From Alphaproteobacteria bacterium (GTDB taxonomy: Bacteria; Pseudomonadota; Alphaproteobacteria; GCA-2731375), in assembly GCA_965232515.1 (NCBI GenBank), contig CBDDPY010000002.1:2656001-2720000 (forward strand): 64,000 nt of DNA, read 5' to 3'. A program made the position numbers and the translations under genes. Position 1 is the stretch's first letter. Each line of letters opens with the position of its first letter. Below are positions 9,191 to 17,568 of this stretch, piece after piece. The notes under the pieces are model-generated. The model worked only from the letters and a program-made list of their open reading frames with translations, was not told the DNA's origin and ran no database searches.

Positions 9191-9230
9191 GATGCGAACG
9201 CCAGATCTGCCGTCGGTCGGCTTTCGACGT

Positions 9231-9833
9231 CTACGACCCGACCACCTTGTCTTCGGCATGCACCGCCAGCCGCGCGGACACGGTTTCGGTGATCTCGGCC
9301 ATGCCGTCGGCAAGCGGGGGGTCGATGCCGTAGGCGGTCTTCGTGAAGTTGAGGGTTTGCTGCACGGCCCAGAGGTCGTCGTGCCGGTCGGGCGGGAAGA
9401 GCTGCGCCGGGTCGCCGACGGCGACCCAACCGATGGGCACCGTGCTGTCGGGCGCGAGCACGGTGTTGACGTGGACGGTGCCGTGGATGCGCACGACGGC
9501 GCGTTTGCCGATATGGCAGTTATGAAAGATCGCCGCGCCGGTGGCGAGGAAGACCTTGTCGTCGATCCGCGCGCCGACGACATGCGCGACCGGCCCGATC
9601 AACACGTGATCGCCGATCCGGCAGTCGTGCGCCGCCGTCGCGCGCACGACCGCGTTCTCCATGACGATGCCGCAGCGGCCGATGGCGATGCGGCCGCCCT
9701 CGGCGACGATGCGGGCGCCGTGCATGACGCGCGCGCCGGCGCCGATGCTGACGTCGCCGCAGACCGTGGCGTCGGGTGCCACCCAGGCTGTCTCGTGAAT
9801 GCTTGGCCGCTTGCCCAAATGTTCGAGGATCAT
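9231..9833 (-). CDS. Gamma-carbonic-anhydrase-like hexapeptide-repeat protein (Zn ligands degenerate)
   Basis: MILEHLGKRPSIHETAWVAPDATVCGDVSIG... LbH repeats; ATGA overlap with upstream MarR stop. Confidence 0.85.
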   Translation of the reverse strand: MILEHLGKRPSIHETAWVAPDATVCGDVSIGAGARVMHGARIVAEGGRIAIGRCGIVMENAVVRATAAHDCRIGDHVLIGPVAHVVGARIDDKVFLATGAAIFHNCHIGKRAVVRIHGTVHVNTVLAPDSTVPIGWVAVGDPAQLFPPDRHDDLWAVQQTLNFTKTAYGIDPPLADGMAEITETVSARLAVHAEDKVVGS

Positions 9834-10372
9834 GTGTCCCTCCCTTTCCCCGTCGGCGCGCCGTCGGCCTTTTCGAGCTCGGTCGCCCGCCGGTTGATCG
9901 GGCAGCGGCGGCCGCGGCAGACGTGGTGATCGCAAAAGCGGCAGGTGTGCCGCGCGAAGGCGCGCGACTGGGTGGCGTGATAGAGCAGCTTGTCGACGAG
10001 CCCGCCCAGCGTCCGACGCTCGGCCGCGGTCAGCGGCGCCAGCAACGCCGCCGCGGCGTCTGCCCGCGCCCGCTGCAAACCGTCGGCCCGCCGCCGGCCC
10101 TTGGCTGTCAGCGCCACCCGCACCTCGCGTCCCGCCTTCCCGGCCCGCCGCACCAGTCCCAGCCGCTGTTGACCGTCAATCAACCGCGTCGCCGTCGACT
10201 GCGCCACGCCGAGAATGTCCGCCAGCGCCGTCACCGTCAGCTCGCCCCGGTTCAGCAACGTCAGCAACAACGCCGCCCCGCTCGCCGACACATCGTCGAA
10301 TGCTCCCCTCATCCGGTCCTGCACCAACGACGCCAGCGCGGCAACATGGTTTGCTTCGGGATTCATATGCAT
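9830..10372 (-). CDS. MarR-family regulator with C-terminal Cys4 motif
   Basis: wHTH (LTVTALADILGVAQSTATRLID...GREVRVALTAKG); C-terminal CRFCDHHVCRGRRCP; alternative start 10366. Confidence 0.88.
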   Translation of the reverse strand: MHMNPEANHVAALASLVQDRMRGAFDDVSASGAALLLTLLNRGELTVTALADILGVAQSTATRLIDGQQRLGLVRRAGKAGREVRVALTAKGRRRADGLQRARADAAAALLAPLTAAERRTLGGLVDKLLYHATQSRAFARHTCRFCDHHVCRGRRCPINRRATELEKADGAPTGKGRDT

Positions 10373-10385
10373 AGCCTATGCATAT
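10365..10385. promoter_or_regulatory. Perfect palindromic operator ATATGCATAG-C-CTATGCATAT over the MarR start
   Basis: 10-bp perfect inverted arms overlapping the start codon(s); second palindrome GACAATC-N7-GATTGTC at 10393-10413. Confidence 0.75.
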
Positions 10386-10429
10386 ATTGAACGACAATCA
10401 ATAACCGATTGTCATGCCAAGCCCGCCCC

Positions 10430-11569
10430 TCAGACGTAGCCCGGCCCGTCGATCAGCGGGAAGTTCGCGAGCGCGGATTCGTCGACGGCGACGCCGAGGC
10501 CGGGGGCTTCGGGTGGGTGGACGTGGCCGCTGCTGTCGACGTCGGCTTGCCAGTCGCAGAGGTCGTCGCGGAAGGGATTGTGGCGGGAGATGTCGGCTTC
10601 GAAGTAGCCGGCGTTGTCGATGCTGCAGAGCAGGTGGATGCTGGCGGCGACGTTCAGGCCGGTGAGCGACGTGTGCGGGTTGAAGGGGAGCTTCCAGGCG
10701 GAGGCGAGCGCCGCGATGCGCTGGCCCTCGGTGATGCCGCCTGACTTCGACAGGTCGGGCTGGACGATCGAGATGTGGCCATCCTCGATCAGGCGGTGGA
10801 ACTCGAAGCGGGTGTAGTGGTTCTCGCCGGCCGCCAAGGGCGTGCGGCCGAGGCGGGCGGCGTCGGCATAGCGGCGGTGGTCGTGCGGCGGGAACGGCTC
10901 TTCCAGCCAGCCGACATCGGCGGCGTCGAGGGCCGGCATGACGCGGCGCACATGGCTGAGCGTATAGGCGGCATTGGCGTCGGTCAGGATGTCGATATCA
11001 GGGCCGAGGCCGTCGCGCACGGCTTCGACCCGGGCGATGTCGTCGGCCGGATTGTCGCCGAGGCGGAGCTTCAGGGCCCGGTAGCCGGTCTCGACCGCGG
11101 CGCTGGCTTCGGTCACCAGTTCGGCGGGCGGCTGATAGCCGAGCGAGACGCCGCCGGCATAGGCCGGGATCGGCTTCGCACGCCCACCCAAGAGCCGATA
11201 GAGCGGCCAGCCGGCGGCCTTGCCGCGGATGTCCCAGAGCGCCATGTCGATGCCGCTCATGGCGATGGCACAGGCCGCGCCCATGCCGTGGCTGGCGAGC
11301 TGCATCCGGTAGATGCGATCCCAGACGCCGACCACGTCGTGCGCGTCCATGCCGACGGCGAGCGTCTTCAATGTCGTGTTGGCGAGCTGGGCGACGGCGC
11401 CGGGCGCGCGGCCGGCATGGGCCTCGCCCCAGCCGCTGACGCCCTCGTCGGTCTCGACCTTGACCAGCACGGCGTCGCGCTTGACCGCGCGGCCGATGCC
11501 GAGCGTCACGCCCTTATCCTCGGGGATCGGGAAGGAGATCGGATAGGCGGTGATGTCGGTGATTTTCAT
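10430..11569 (-). CDS. Mandelate racemase/muconate lactonizing enzyme family (enolase superfamily)
   Basis: GIDMALWDIRGK, KLR, DANAAY, WLEEP, GEN, QPD, PH motifs. Confidence 0.93.
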   Translation of the reverse strand: MKITDITAYPISFPIPEDKGVTLGIGRAVKRDAVLVKVETDEGVSGWGEAHAGRAPGAVAQLANTTLKTLAVGMDAHDVVGVWDRIYRMQLASHGMGAACAIAMSGIDMALWDIRGKAAGWPLYRLLGGRAKPIPAYAGGVSLGYQPPAELVTEASAAVETGYRALKLRLGDNPADDIARVEAVRDGLGPDIDILTDANAAYTLSHVRRVMPALDAADVGWLEEPFPPHDHRRYADAARLGRTPLAAGENHYTRFEFHRLIEDGHISIVQPDLSKSGGITEGQRIAALASAWKLPFNPHTSLTGLNVAASIHLLCSIDNAGYFEADISRHNPFRDDLCDWQADVDSSGHVHPPEAPGLGVAVDESALANFPLIDGPGYV

Positions 11570-11775
11570 GGCAGCGTTCCCAGTTTCCAAGACGGCGTCA
11601 CGCGGTTTGCTTCATCCTAACACCTGGCGCCGACCGCACGGCGGTGTGACAACGCCGTGCTTGGCTTTCAGTGTCGGGGCTTTCATAGTGGCGGCAGCGC
11701 CGCTTCGTCCGGGCAGGTTCGCGACGGCGTGAATAGGTGACGGGGCCGCGCTCAACGACGTGGAGGGAGACCATC

Positions 11776-12204
11776 ATGGCAGGACCCTATAAGGGACATT
11801 GTTTTTGCGGGGCGGTCGAGTTCGAGGTGAGCGGCGAGCCGGCGGCGATGGGCTATTGCCATTGCACGGACTGCGCCGAATGGGCCGGCGCGCCGATCAA
11901 TTCGTTCAGCCTGTGGCCTCCGGGCAGCGTCACGGTGACCCAGGGCGAGGGCAACATCGGCACCTACAACAGGACCGAGAACTCGGCCCGCAAGTTCTGC
12001 AAGACCTGCGGCGGGCACATCTTCAGCGACCATCCGAACATGTCGCTGACGGATGTCTATCCGAACGTGGTGCCGGACCTGAAGCACGCGCCGACACTGC
12101 ACGTGTTCTATGGCGAGAAGACGGTGTCGGTGAAGGACGGCCTGCCGAAATTCAAGGATCTGCCGTCCGAGTTCGGCGGTTCGGGCGAGACGTTGCCGGA
12201 CTAG
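11776..12204 (+). CDS. GFA (CENP-V/glutathione-dependent formaldehyde-activating) family protein
   Basis: GHCFCGAV, CHCTDC, FCKTCG Zn ligands; SD GGAGGGAG. Confidence 0.92.
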   Translation: MAGPYKGHCFCGAVEFEVSGEPAAMGYCHCTDCAEWAGAPINSFSLWPPGSVTVTQGEGNIGTYNRTENSARKFCKTCGGHIFSDHPNMSLTDVYPNVVPDLKHAPTLHVFYGEKTVSVKDGLPKFKDLPSEFGGSGETLPD

Positions 12205-12257
12205 GGCACGCCAGTCCGGCTGGGCGCCGGCAATCAGCATGGGGTCAATAGCGCGTC

Positions 12258-12938
12258 GTGGTGATCATTCTCGGCATCGGCGCGCTGCTGGCGCTCGTTT
12301 TCGGACCGTCAATCTGGGCCAAGGCGGTGCTGGCGCATTACAGCGCCGACCGGTCGGACTTTCCCGGCACCGGCGGCGAGCTGGCGCGGCATCTGTTGGA
12401 CGAGACCGGGCTCGACGAAGTCAAGGTCGAGGTGACCGACCGCGGCGACCACTACGACCCCGAGGCGCGCGCCGTGCGGCTGTCGCGGGACAACCATGAC
12501 GGCCGGTCAGTAACCGCCGTCGCCGTCGCCGCGCACGAGGTGGGCCACGCGCTCCAGCATCGCGACGGCGATGCCGCGCTGATGCGTCGGACGCAGCTGG
12601 TCAAGAGCACGGCCGCGTTCCAACGCATCGGCTCGATCATCGTGTTCGGCAGCGCGATCGTCGGCCTGGTCGTGCGGATACCGGGGCTGATGCTGCTGGG
12701 CCTGGTCGCCGGCGTGCTGACGATGGCGGTCTCGGTGGTGATCCATATCGTCACCTTGCCGGTCGAATACGACGCCAGCTTTCGCCGCGCCCTGCCGATC
12801 CTCGATCAGGGCGGCTATCTGCCGCCGGAGGACATGCCGGCGGCGCGGCGGATCCTGCGCGCCTGCGCGCTGACCTACGTGGCGGCGTCGCTGGCCTCGC
12901 TGTTGAACCTGTGGCGCTGGATCCGGTTCATCCGATGA
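12258..12938 (+). CDS. Membrane zinc metallopeptidase (YugP/Zn_peptidase_2 family)
   Basis: DHYDP, AVAAHEVGHALQ, TLPVEYDAS, ALTYVA. Confidence 0.93.
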   Translation: MVIILGIGALLALVFGPSIWAKAVLAHYSADRSDFPGTGGELARHLLDETGLDEVKVEVTDRGDHYDPEARAVRLSRDNHDGRSVTAVAVAAHEVGHALQHRDGDAALMRRTQLVKSTAAFQRIGSIIVFGSAIVGLVVRIPGLMLLGLVAGVLTMAVSVVIHIVTLPVEYDASFRRALPILDQGGYLPPEDMPAARRILRACALTYVAASLASLLNLWRWIRFIR

Positions 12939-14119
12939 CCGACGCCGCCAACGCCGCCGCCCCCGCCATCGACACGCCGGACTGGGCCTCGATCGTCGCC
13001 GTGACGCTCGGCATCGCCGCGTTCGGCATGGCGCTGGGCCTGACCTACCCGCTGATCTCGCTGATCCTGACCGACCGCGGCTATGGCGAGACCATTGTCG
13101 GCGCCAATGCCGCCACCATGGCGCTGGGCCTGGCGACGGCGACGTTCCTGATCCCACGGCTGACGGCGACGCTGCCGGCGGCGCGGCTAGTGGTCGGCAG
13201 CCTCTGCCTGGCGGCGGCGGCGATCCTGGGTTTCGCGCTTTTCCCGTCGCTCGCCGCCTGGTTCGGCTTACGCTTCATGCTCGGCTTTTGCATCAACGTC
13301 GTGTTCGTGCTGGGCGAGGCCTGGCTGAACGCGGCCTGCACCGAGAACCTGCGCGGACGCGTGGCGTCGATCTACACGGCCGTGCTGAGCGTCAGCTTCG
13401 CGATCGGTCCGCTGGGCGTGCCGGCCTTCGGCAAGGAGAGCGGCTTCGGCTTCGCCGCCGGCGCGGCGTTGGTGGCGCTGATCGCCTTCAGCTTCGCCGT
13501 GCTGACGCGCCGCGCACGGGTCCGGCCCGAGCCCGCGCCGCCGGGCTCGCTGCTCGGCTTCGCGTTGGCGGCGCCGCATCTGGTGCTGATGGTCGGCGTG
13601 TTCGCCTTCGTCGACGCGGCCGCTATCTCGCTGTTGCCGGTCTATTTCGTCGAGAAGGGCCTGAGCGAGGGCTGGGCCGCGACCACGGTGACGGTGCTGT
13701 TCATTGGCGTGCTGGGCTCGATGCCGATTGTCGGCTATGCGCTCGACCGGCTGAACCGGCGGGCGGTCGCGGCGGCCTGCGCGCTGATAGCGGCCCTGGC
13801 GGCGCTGCTGCTGCCGCTCGCCGATCCGCAGGGCTGGCTGGTCTGGCTGCTGCTGTTCGTGTTGGGCGGCGCGTTTTCCGGCATCTACGCCTGCGCGCTG
13901 ACGGGGCTGGGCGAGGAATTCAAGGGCGGCCTGCTGGTCGCCGGCAGCGCCATGTTCGCGCTGGCCTATGCCGCCGGCGGCATCGCCGGGCCGGCGACGG
14001 TCGGCCCACTGATGGAGACGATCGGCCTGGAAGCGGTGCCGATCTCCTTCGCCTTGGTGCTCCTCGCCATGGCCGCCGCGCTCCCCCTGTTGCGCCGGCG
14101 CGCGAATCGGGCCAATTAA
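12935..14119 (+). CDS. MFS transporter (YcaD/YfkF-like)
   Basis: Hydrophobic 12-TM pattern, EAWLN...RGRVASIY; ATGA overlap with the peptidase. Confidence 0.9.
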   Translation: MTDAANAAAPAIDTPDWASIVAVTLGIAAFGMALGLTYPLISLILTDRGYGETIVGANAATMALGLATATFLIPRLTATLPAARLVVGSLCLAAAAILGFALFPSLAAWFGLRFMLGFCINVVFVLGEAWLNAACTENLRGRVASIYTAVLSVSFAIGPLGVPAFGKESGFGFAAGAALVALIAFSFAVLTRRARVRPEPAPPGSLLGFALAAPHLVLMVGVFAFVDAAAISLLPVYFVEKGLSEGWAATTVTVLFIGVLGSMPIVGYALDRLNRRAVAAACALIAALAALLLPLADPQGWLVWLLLFVLGGAFSGIYACALTGLGEEFKGGLLVAGSAMFALAYAAGGIAGPATVGPLMETIGLEAVPISFALVLLAMAAALPLLRRRANRAN

Positions 14120-14206
14120 CGCCGCAAAATTGACACGCCGCCGGCGCCACGCCGGCCGCTACCGTCTAACGGTTGTGTCGGGTTCTTGGGGGATCTGCGG
14201 GAATTC

Positions 14207-14989
14207 ATGTTTGCGGGGATGCGAGCGGCGGCGGCGACGCTGTTGACGGGAATGATCGTGTGCGGGGCCGAGGCCGCCACCGGCGTCACAACGGAGCCGG
14301 TGCAGACGGCGGCCAACATCGTGGCGCCGTTGCCGGACACCAAGCCAGTCCGCTCGGAACCGCGCCGCAAGCTGAGGCAGCTCGCACGGATCATCACGCC
14401 GAAGCGGCCGCTCGAATGCGTGCCGTATGCGCGCCTGCATTCCGGCATCAAGATCCGCGGCAATGCCTGGACCTGGTGGCGCAGCGCCAAGAACCGCTAT
14501 CTGCGCGACAGCACGCCGCGGCCGGGCGCCGTGCTGGTCATGCGGCGGACGAAGCGCCTGCCCTACGGCCATGTCGCCGTGGTGACTGACGTGCGCAACA
14601 AGCGGCAGATCGTCGTCGACCATGCCAACTGGCTGAACCGGGGGCGTATTCACCGCAACTCGCTGGTGATCGACGTGTCGCCCGAGAACGACTGGTCGGC
14701 GGTGCGCGTCTGGTACACGCCGGGCCGGACCATCGGCAAACGGACCTATGCCGCCTACGGCTTCATTCACGCGCATGAGCCGCGGAGCCTGCGACTGCGC
14801 GCGCCCTATATGCGGGGCGCCGACGTGCGGGCGCTGCAGACCCGGCTGATCGCGGCGGGCTACGGCCTGACCAGCGACGGCGTCTTCGGCCGGCAGACGC
14901 ATGACGCGCTCACCGACTATCAGGCCAAGGTCGGTCTCGCCGCCGACGGCATCGCCGGCCGCCGCACGCGGGACAGTCTCGGGCTGTAG
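14207..14989 (+). CDS. CHAP-domain cell-wall amidase/peptidase with C-terminal peptidoglycan-binding domain
   Basis: ECVPYAR..GNAWTWW..GHVAVV..DHANW (CHAP Cys/His); C-terminal GADVRALQ..DGVFG..YQ..GLAADGIAG (PG_binding_1); start uncertain. Confidence 0.88.
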   Translation: MFAGMRAAAATLLTGMIVCGAEAATGVTTEPVQTAANIVAPLPDTKPVRSEPRRKLRQLARIITPKRPLECVPYARLHSGIKIRGNAWTWWRSAKNRYLRDSTPRPGAVLVMRRTKRLPYGHVAVVTDVRNKRQIVVDHANWLNRGRIHRNSLVIDVSPENDWSAVRVWYTPGRTIGKRTYAAYGFIHAHEPRSLRLRAPYMRGADVRALQTRLIAAGYGLTSDGVFGRQTHDALTDYQAKVGLAADGIAGRRTRDSLGL

Positions 14990-14996
14990 ATAACCG

Positions 14997-15389
14997 TCAG
15001 GACCAGAAAGCCTGGTCGTCGGAGATATTCTCGGGAAAGAACTGGGCGCGGACGATGCGGCCGTCGCGGACCTGGTAGACGGCGAGTTCGCGGCCCTCGA
15101 TCAGGCGGCCGCGTTTACGGGCCTGCCAGTTGATCAGCACCGCGCAGTCCGTTCCCGTGCCGACGGCCTCGGCGATGGTGAGCGCGAAGCTGTCGCCCGT
15201 CGTCGCGAGGGCGCGTTCGATCATGTCGATGACGACATCGGCGCCGACCAGCTCGCCCATGTGGTCGCCGACATCGGGCTCGCGCCAGACGACGTCGTCG
15301 GCGAGGAACGGCCTGAGCGCCCGCGGATCGCCGGCGCGGCGGCAGTCGTAGAAGTCGCGGATCAGCGCGACGGCAGCAGACTCAGCCAT
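14997..15389 (-). CDS. SnoaL/NTF2-like protein
   Basis: IRDFYD...LADDVVW...VYQVRDGRIV. Confidence 0.8.
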   Translation of the reverse strand: MAESAAVALIRDFYDCRRAGDPRALRPFLADDVVWREPDVGDHMGELVGADVVIDMIERALATTGDSFALTIAEAVGTGTDCAVLINWQARKRGRLIEGRELAVYQVRDGRIVRAQFFPENISDDQAFWS

Positions 15390-16104
15390 CGGTTTGCGGC
15401 ATCGGCAGGCCGGCGATCTCCAGGATCAGCTTGCGGCGGACGGCCTCGGCGAAGCTCTCGCGGTCGTCGGCGGTGACGACGAAGCTGCCGGGGCCGCCGG
15501 TGATGTACTGCTCGAAGGCGGCTTCCAGGTCGTAGTCGACCGGACGGCCGCTGCAGTCGCGGTCGCGGCAAAGGATGGCGAGGCCGTTGATGACGGTGCC
15601 GTCGGCGAGCGCGTAGGCGCGCGCTTCCGGCAGCGGCACGCCACCCCAGGTGTAGGCGCTGTCGCCGGAGAAATCGATCACCTGGCGGCTGCCCATGATG
15701 TCGTTGGTCTGGATCAGGGCCTGCGCCGTGGCGAGCGCGCTGCCGATGGCGTTCGGACCGAAGGCCTTGCGGGGGGCGGCCATCAGGTCGGCGGCGAACT
15801 TGGCGGCGGTCTCGCGGCCGTCGATCACGGTCCAGGGCACGACGACGTCCTGCGAGTCGGCCTCGCCCCATTCCACATAGGTCACGGCGATGCGCTGGTA
15901 GTAGCCGCCGGTGATGACGTTCAGCACCTCGGGATGCACGATCGCCGTGGCATAGCCCTGACGTTGGAAGCGGATCTCGGCGTCGTCGATGGAGCGCGAG
16001 GCATCCGCCAGTAGCACCAGCTCCAGGTCGACGCGTTCCTGCGCGGCCGCGGTTGCGCCAATGACGCTCAAATACAGAATCAGCGTGGCGGCGATGCGGC
16101 GCAT
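15382..16104 (-). CDS. DUF1194 (vWA-like) periplasmic protein
   Basis: Signal peptide; VDLELVLLADASRSIDDAE..QRQGYA, YVEW, IDFSGD, GGPGSFV, KLILEIA. Confidence 0.9.
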   Translation of the reverse strand: MRRIAATLILYLSVIGATAAAQERVDLELVLLADASRSIDDAEIRFQRQGYATAIVHPEVLNVITGGYYQRIAVTYVEWGEADSQDVVVPWTVIDGRETAAKFAADLMAAPRKAFGPNAIGSALATAQALIQTNDIMGSRQVIDFSGDSAYTWGGVPLPEARAYALADGTVINGLAILCRDRDCSGRPVDYDLEAAFEQYITGGPGSFVVTADDRESFAEAVRRKLILEIAGLPMPQTDG

Positions 16105-16317
16105 GGGCGGCCTCTTGGCGCAGTGGAACAGGCAGATTGATTGAAGCCTGCACAAGCCGTGACCGCAAGTGTCGGTCGACGCTTGTGCGCCCTCGGCGCG
16201 GTGCAGTCAGCGCGCCTCTACGATCCCGAGCTCGCGATCGACATAACTGCCATCGCGGAGATTCCGGGAGAGCGGTCGCACGCCAGCGCGACCGTCTTTC
16301 CGGTGAATTTGGCGCGC

Positions 16318-16980
16318 TTAGGCGGCCTTGCGCCGCCGCCGCGCACTGGCGAGGCCGAAGAGGCCGGCGCCGAGGAGCGTCAACGTGCCGGGCTCCGGGA
16401 TCTCCACGGAGCCGAACCGCAGATTGTCGACTAAAAGTACATCCAGCGTGCTATTGGCCGTTACACGCAGCGTATCGAACGCGCCAAGCCCGGAGAAACC
16501 ACGGAAACTGCCATCGCTGATCGAACTCATCTCCAACGGTGTAAATTCTTCCGTCGCGAGTACTATCGCGCCGAGCAGCACCTCCACCGTCAGCGTCCCA
16601 TTGATACCGCCGACGCCGCAATTCTCCGCATCGACCGAGAGATTGAGCCCGGCCGCCGTCACCGGTGCCGTGAAGCCGAAATTCAATGTTCCTCTGGTCG
16701 CGTTGACACCCACGACATCCGATTGCGTGCCGCACACTGCCCTGGGGGCCGCAATAGGAACATTCCCTGTAATCGTGCCGCCGGAGAACGTAGATACGTC
16801 CGTGAATCTGTCAGGCCGTGGCGCAATGCCTTCGAAGTCGTCGAGCGCCAACCCGGGGTGGGCGGCATCGAAGGCGGCTGGGTCCGTGAACACCACCGCC
16901 GCCGCCTGCCGTGCCGGCAACAGCGCCGGGAGCGCGAGAATCACGGCGAAAGCCATGCCAGCCTTGAACTTTTGAAACAT
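16318..16980 (-). CDS. PEP-CTERM sorting domain surface protein
   Basis: Signal peptide; C-terminus IPEPGTLTLLGAGLFGLASARRRRKAA. Confidence 0.9.
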   Translation of the reverse strand: MFQKFKAGMAFAVILALPALLPARQAAAVVFTDPAAFDAAHPGLALDDFEGIAPRPDRFTDVSTFSGGTITGNVPIAAPRAVCGTQSDVVGVNATRGTLNFGFTAPVTAAGLNLSVDAENCGVGGINGTLTVEVLLGAIVLATEEFTPLEMSSISDGSFRGFSGLGAFDTLRVTANSTLDVLLVDNLRFGSVEIPEPGTLTLLGAGLFGLASARRRRKAA

Positions 16981-17086
16981 TTAGCGCCTCGTTTGATTTT
17001 GAAATTCTCGCCTAAAGTGTATGCCGCTCCCAACGATCCAGGCAAGATGTACGGGCGCACAGTGTCGATGACAAACCGGAATCTGA

Positions 17087-17176
17087 ACCACAGAGGCACA
17101 GAAGACACAGCGAAACAAACCTGCTTTTTCGGCGCTGCCCGCCAAAAAACCTTTGTTCCTCTGTGTTCTCTGTGGT
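17087..17176. repeat. Palindromic repeat with ~9-nt periodic arms (ACCACAGAGG-CACAGAAG.../...CTCTGTGTTCTCTGTGGT)
   Basis: Imperfect inverted arms 17087-17110 and 17151-17176; same architecture as 34393-34475 and 35508-35599. Confidence 0.7.
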
Positions 17177-17184
17177 GAACCTCT

Positions 17185-17568
17185 TTAGGTTTCTTCGCCG
17201 AAGAACAGCAAGCAGCCGTCCGGGTCCTTGACGTGGAATTCGCGCATGCCGTAGGGCTGCTCGAAGGGCGGGCGCACGCGGCCGGCCGGGAGGGCGTCGA
17301 GCTTGGGCCGCAGTTTCTCGTAGAGCGCGTCGAGGCCATGCACGGGCATGTAGATCGAGATGTTGTTGGCGGTTGCCCTGAGCGCCTGCGGATCGTCGGT
17401 CTTGAGCAACTGAATGCCGGCGCCGTCCAGGCCGACGACCGCGAAGCTGTTGTCGTCGGTGACGAGGCGGGCGTCGAAGCCGAGCACATCAGTGTAGAAC
17501 GCGACCGTCGCGGCGACGTCGCGCACGGGCACGATCGGCAGCGCCGCCGCGATGCGGGGCCCGGTCAT
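17185..17568 (-). CDS. VOC family protein
   Basis: VRDVAATVAFYTDVLGF...QPYGMREFHVKDPDG; ATGA overlap with RND stop. Confidence 0.9.
   Translation of the reverse strand: MTGPRIAAALPIVPVRDVAATVAFYTDVLGFDARLVTDDNSFAVVGLDGAGIQLLKTDDPQALRATANNISIYMPVHGLDALYEKLRPKLDALPAGRVRPPFEQPYGMREFHVKDPDGCLLFFGEET

Noticed and set aside
16328-16975. Full-length antisense ORFs over the PEP-CTERM genes (also 27003-27746, 2800-3216)
   Set aside because: The opposite strand has signal peptide plus sorting signal; antisense products are low-complexity Ser/Pro/Thr-rich
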